From Octopus sinensis (taxonomy: Eukaryota), in assembly GCF_006345805.1 (NCBI RefSeq), contig NC_043002.1:42594001-42658000 (forward strand): a stretch of DNA of 64,000 bases. Direction: 5' to 3'. Of this stretch, positions 62,201 to 64,000 are shown piece by piece. Below the pieces are notes generated by a model. That model saw nothing but the letters and a program-made list of their open reading frames with translations, did not search any database and was not told where the DNA came from. The position numbers and the translations under genes are program-made. The number at the start of each line of letters is the position of its first letter. The stretch's first letter is position 1.

Positions 62201-63230
62201 AATAAATTGAGCAAAAACCAAAGTCATAGAAAGTAGGAAGGCAGACAAATTACAAATCCCTTCAGGTAGATGGCCCTGCTCAATCTGTAGAAAAGGTGTA
62301 GGTAGAAATTCCATAAGATGCATCCAGTGTAATCTTTGGACACATAAAAGGTGCAGCAACGTTAGAGGAAGGTTAACAGTGAAACTTTTGTATGTGGAAG
62401 ATGCACAGGTACAACAAATGCTGAAAATGCACAGAAAATAGACTCCAAGGTAGTAGATAGCTTCCGCTATCTAGGTGACCAAGTTAGTACTGGCGGTGGA
62501 TACTCCAAGAGTGTAGCGGTGAGAATAAGATTAGGCTGGGTAAAGTTCAGAGATCTCCTACCTTGCTGGCAACAAAGGACCTCTCTCTCAGAGTAAAAGG
62601 GAGATTGTTTGATGTCTGTGTTGCCAACAGCTATGCTGCATGGCAGTGAAACATGGGCTATGGCAGCTGAGGACATGCACAGGCTTGAAAGAAATGAAGC
62701 TAATATGCTTCGCTAGATGTGCAATGTCGGTGTGCATGTTTGAGGAAACCTGTGGTAGAGGTAGATCCAGGAAGACATGGGACGAGGTGGTGAAGCATGA
62801 TCTTCAATGACTTGTGGCGGAGACCTCTGGCGATGTGCTGTACTTGAGAGGACCCGTCAAGCCAAGTGCACCCGTGCTGGTGGCATGTAAAGAACATCTT
62901 TTGAATGTTGCGCCTGACGGAGGCAAAGTGGCTGAGTTCCTTTCAAGTAGTGGGCCTTGTGGAGGGAACGACCAAGACCTTTGGCATTATGTCGTGCTTG
63001 AGAAGAAGACCCATCAAGCCGAGCAAAATCAGTCATGGCAGATACCAGTGTCACAGAAACTGGCACGTAAAAGCACCCATTACACTCTAGGAGTGATTGA
63101 TGTTAGGAAGGGCATCCGGCTGTAGAAAACCATGCCAAATCAGACTGGAGTCTGGTGCAGCCTTCCAGTGCAGTCAAGCTGTCCAACACAAGCCAGCATG
63201 GACAACAGACATTAAATGATGATGATGAAT
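62200..63230 (+). mobile_element. Fragmented RTE LINE 3' portion
   Basis: SGRWPCSICRKGVGRNSIRC, VVDSFRYLGDQV; 3' UTR ending (GAT)n at ~63215-63228. Confidence 0.85.
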
Positions 63231-63339
63231 AAAAACATTTTCCAGGCTGGTTTCCAAAGTGATAGGAATGTTGGAACTGGTGTATTGCAACACAAGGTAA
63301 CTATTTTGAAGGAGATGATGTTAAAACTTAGATAAATAA

Positions 63340-64000
63340 GTTAGTTAGTTAGTTAATTTTGGGCTCAAAAAGCAAGGCCATGTAGGGGACATGGAGTTAT
63401 ATACAGGGTGGTGTTCATGTAAAGAGTTCAGGCCACTTGTGGTCAAGGGAGACTTTGAACCGAGCAGTCGTCAGCATCTTCACCATCTCGTCCGGCAGCT
63501 TATTCCACGGATCCGCAACCTGGGCGGAGAAAGCCCCTCTCCTTCGATTGAGATGAAATCATCACAGATAGAGCTTTTCGGAGTGACCCCGCAGCCGAGG
63601 CTCTGGAGCAGGAGTGAAGAACAACTCTTTCGAGAGGTTACACTTTCCGCTTAGGAGGTTGTGAGCAAGAATGAGATCACCACGGCGTCGTTGTTTTCCT
63701 AGAGAATAAAGGTCGAGCGTCTTCAGCCTTTCTTCATAAGACAAATTCTTGAGACCAAGAACCATGCGGGTAGCCAGCTTCTGGACTCTTTCGAGATGCT
63801 GTATGTCTTTGAGGAGATAAGGAGAAGAGGCTTGAATCCCGTACTCCAATATGGGTCTCACCAGCGTGACATAGAGCGGTAGGAATATGGCTGCTGTGAG
63901 CATTCTGAATGACCGTCGAATCAAGAACAGAACTCTGCGTGCTTTGTTGGCAGCATGGATGCACTGGGCCGAAGGCGAAATGGAGGAATCCACCAAGATA
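63340..64000 (-). mobile_element. Young CR1-clade LINE 3' end (runs off the window edge)
   Basis: LYVTLVRPILEYG..LERVQKLATR..SYEERLKTLDLYSL..RRRGDLI..LRGHSEKL. CpG-rich, with a (TAAC)n tail at ~63340-63357. Confidence 0.9.

Overview
AT-rich, repeat-dense animal genomic DNA. The SINE/RTE/CR1/mariner repertoire looks like an octopus genome (inference from repeat content, not a database match). Host genes that can be supported: (1) DAZAP2 on the minus strand, with three clear coding exons at 57777-57862, 55912-56007 and 52975-53103, a candidate start exon near 58344-58350 and a probable ~4.2-kb 3' UTR; (2) a 165-aa single-Ig type I membrane protein encoded in one exon on the plus strand (19603-20100); (3) a tentative, unidentified multi-pass membrane gene on the minus strand whose candidate exons flank the Ig gene. 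Most of the rest is transposon debris: RTE, CR1, an RLE-type LINE, mariner/maT, hAT, piggyBac, MITEs, Penelope-like hammerhead remnants and SINEs. The most notable observation is an ORF1-only (HAL1-like, L1/Tx1-type) non-autonomous retroposon family. Two diverged copies (12449-14496, full length with a ~17-bp TSD; 4831-5189, 5'-truncated) have each inserted at the same nucleotide, in the same orientation, in the tRNA-derived head of the same SINE family. This points to a SINE- or tRNA-targeting site-specific system. Other notable structures are a twin-primed RTE, two near-perfect long fold-back hairpins and a near-intact hammerhead ribozyme core.
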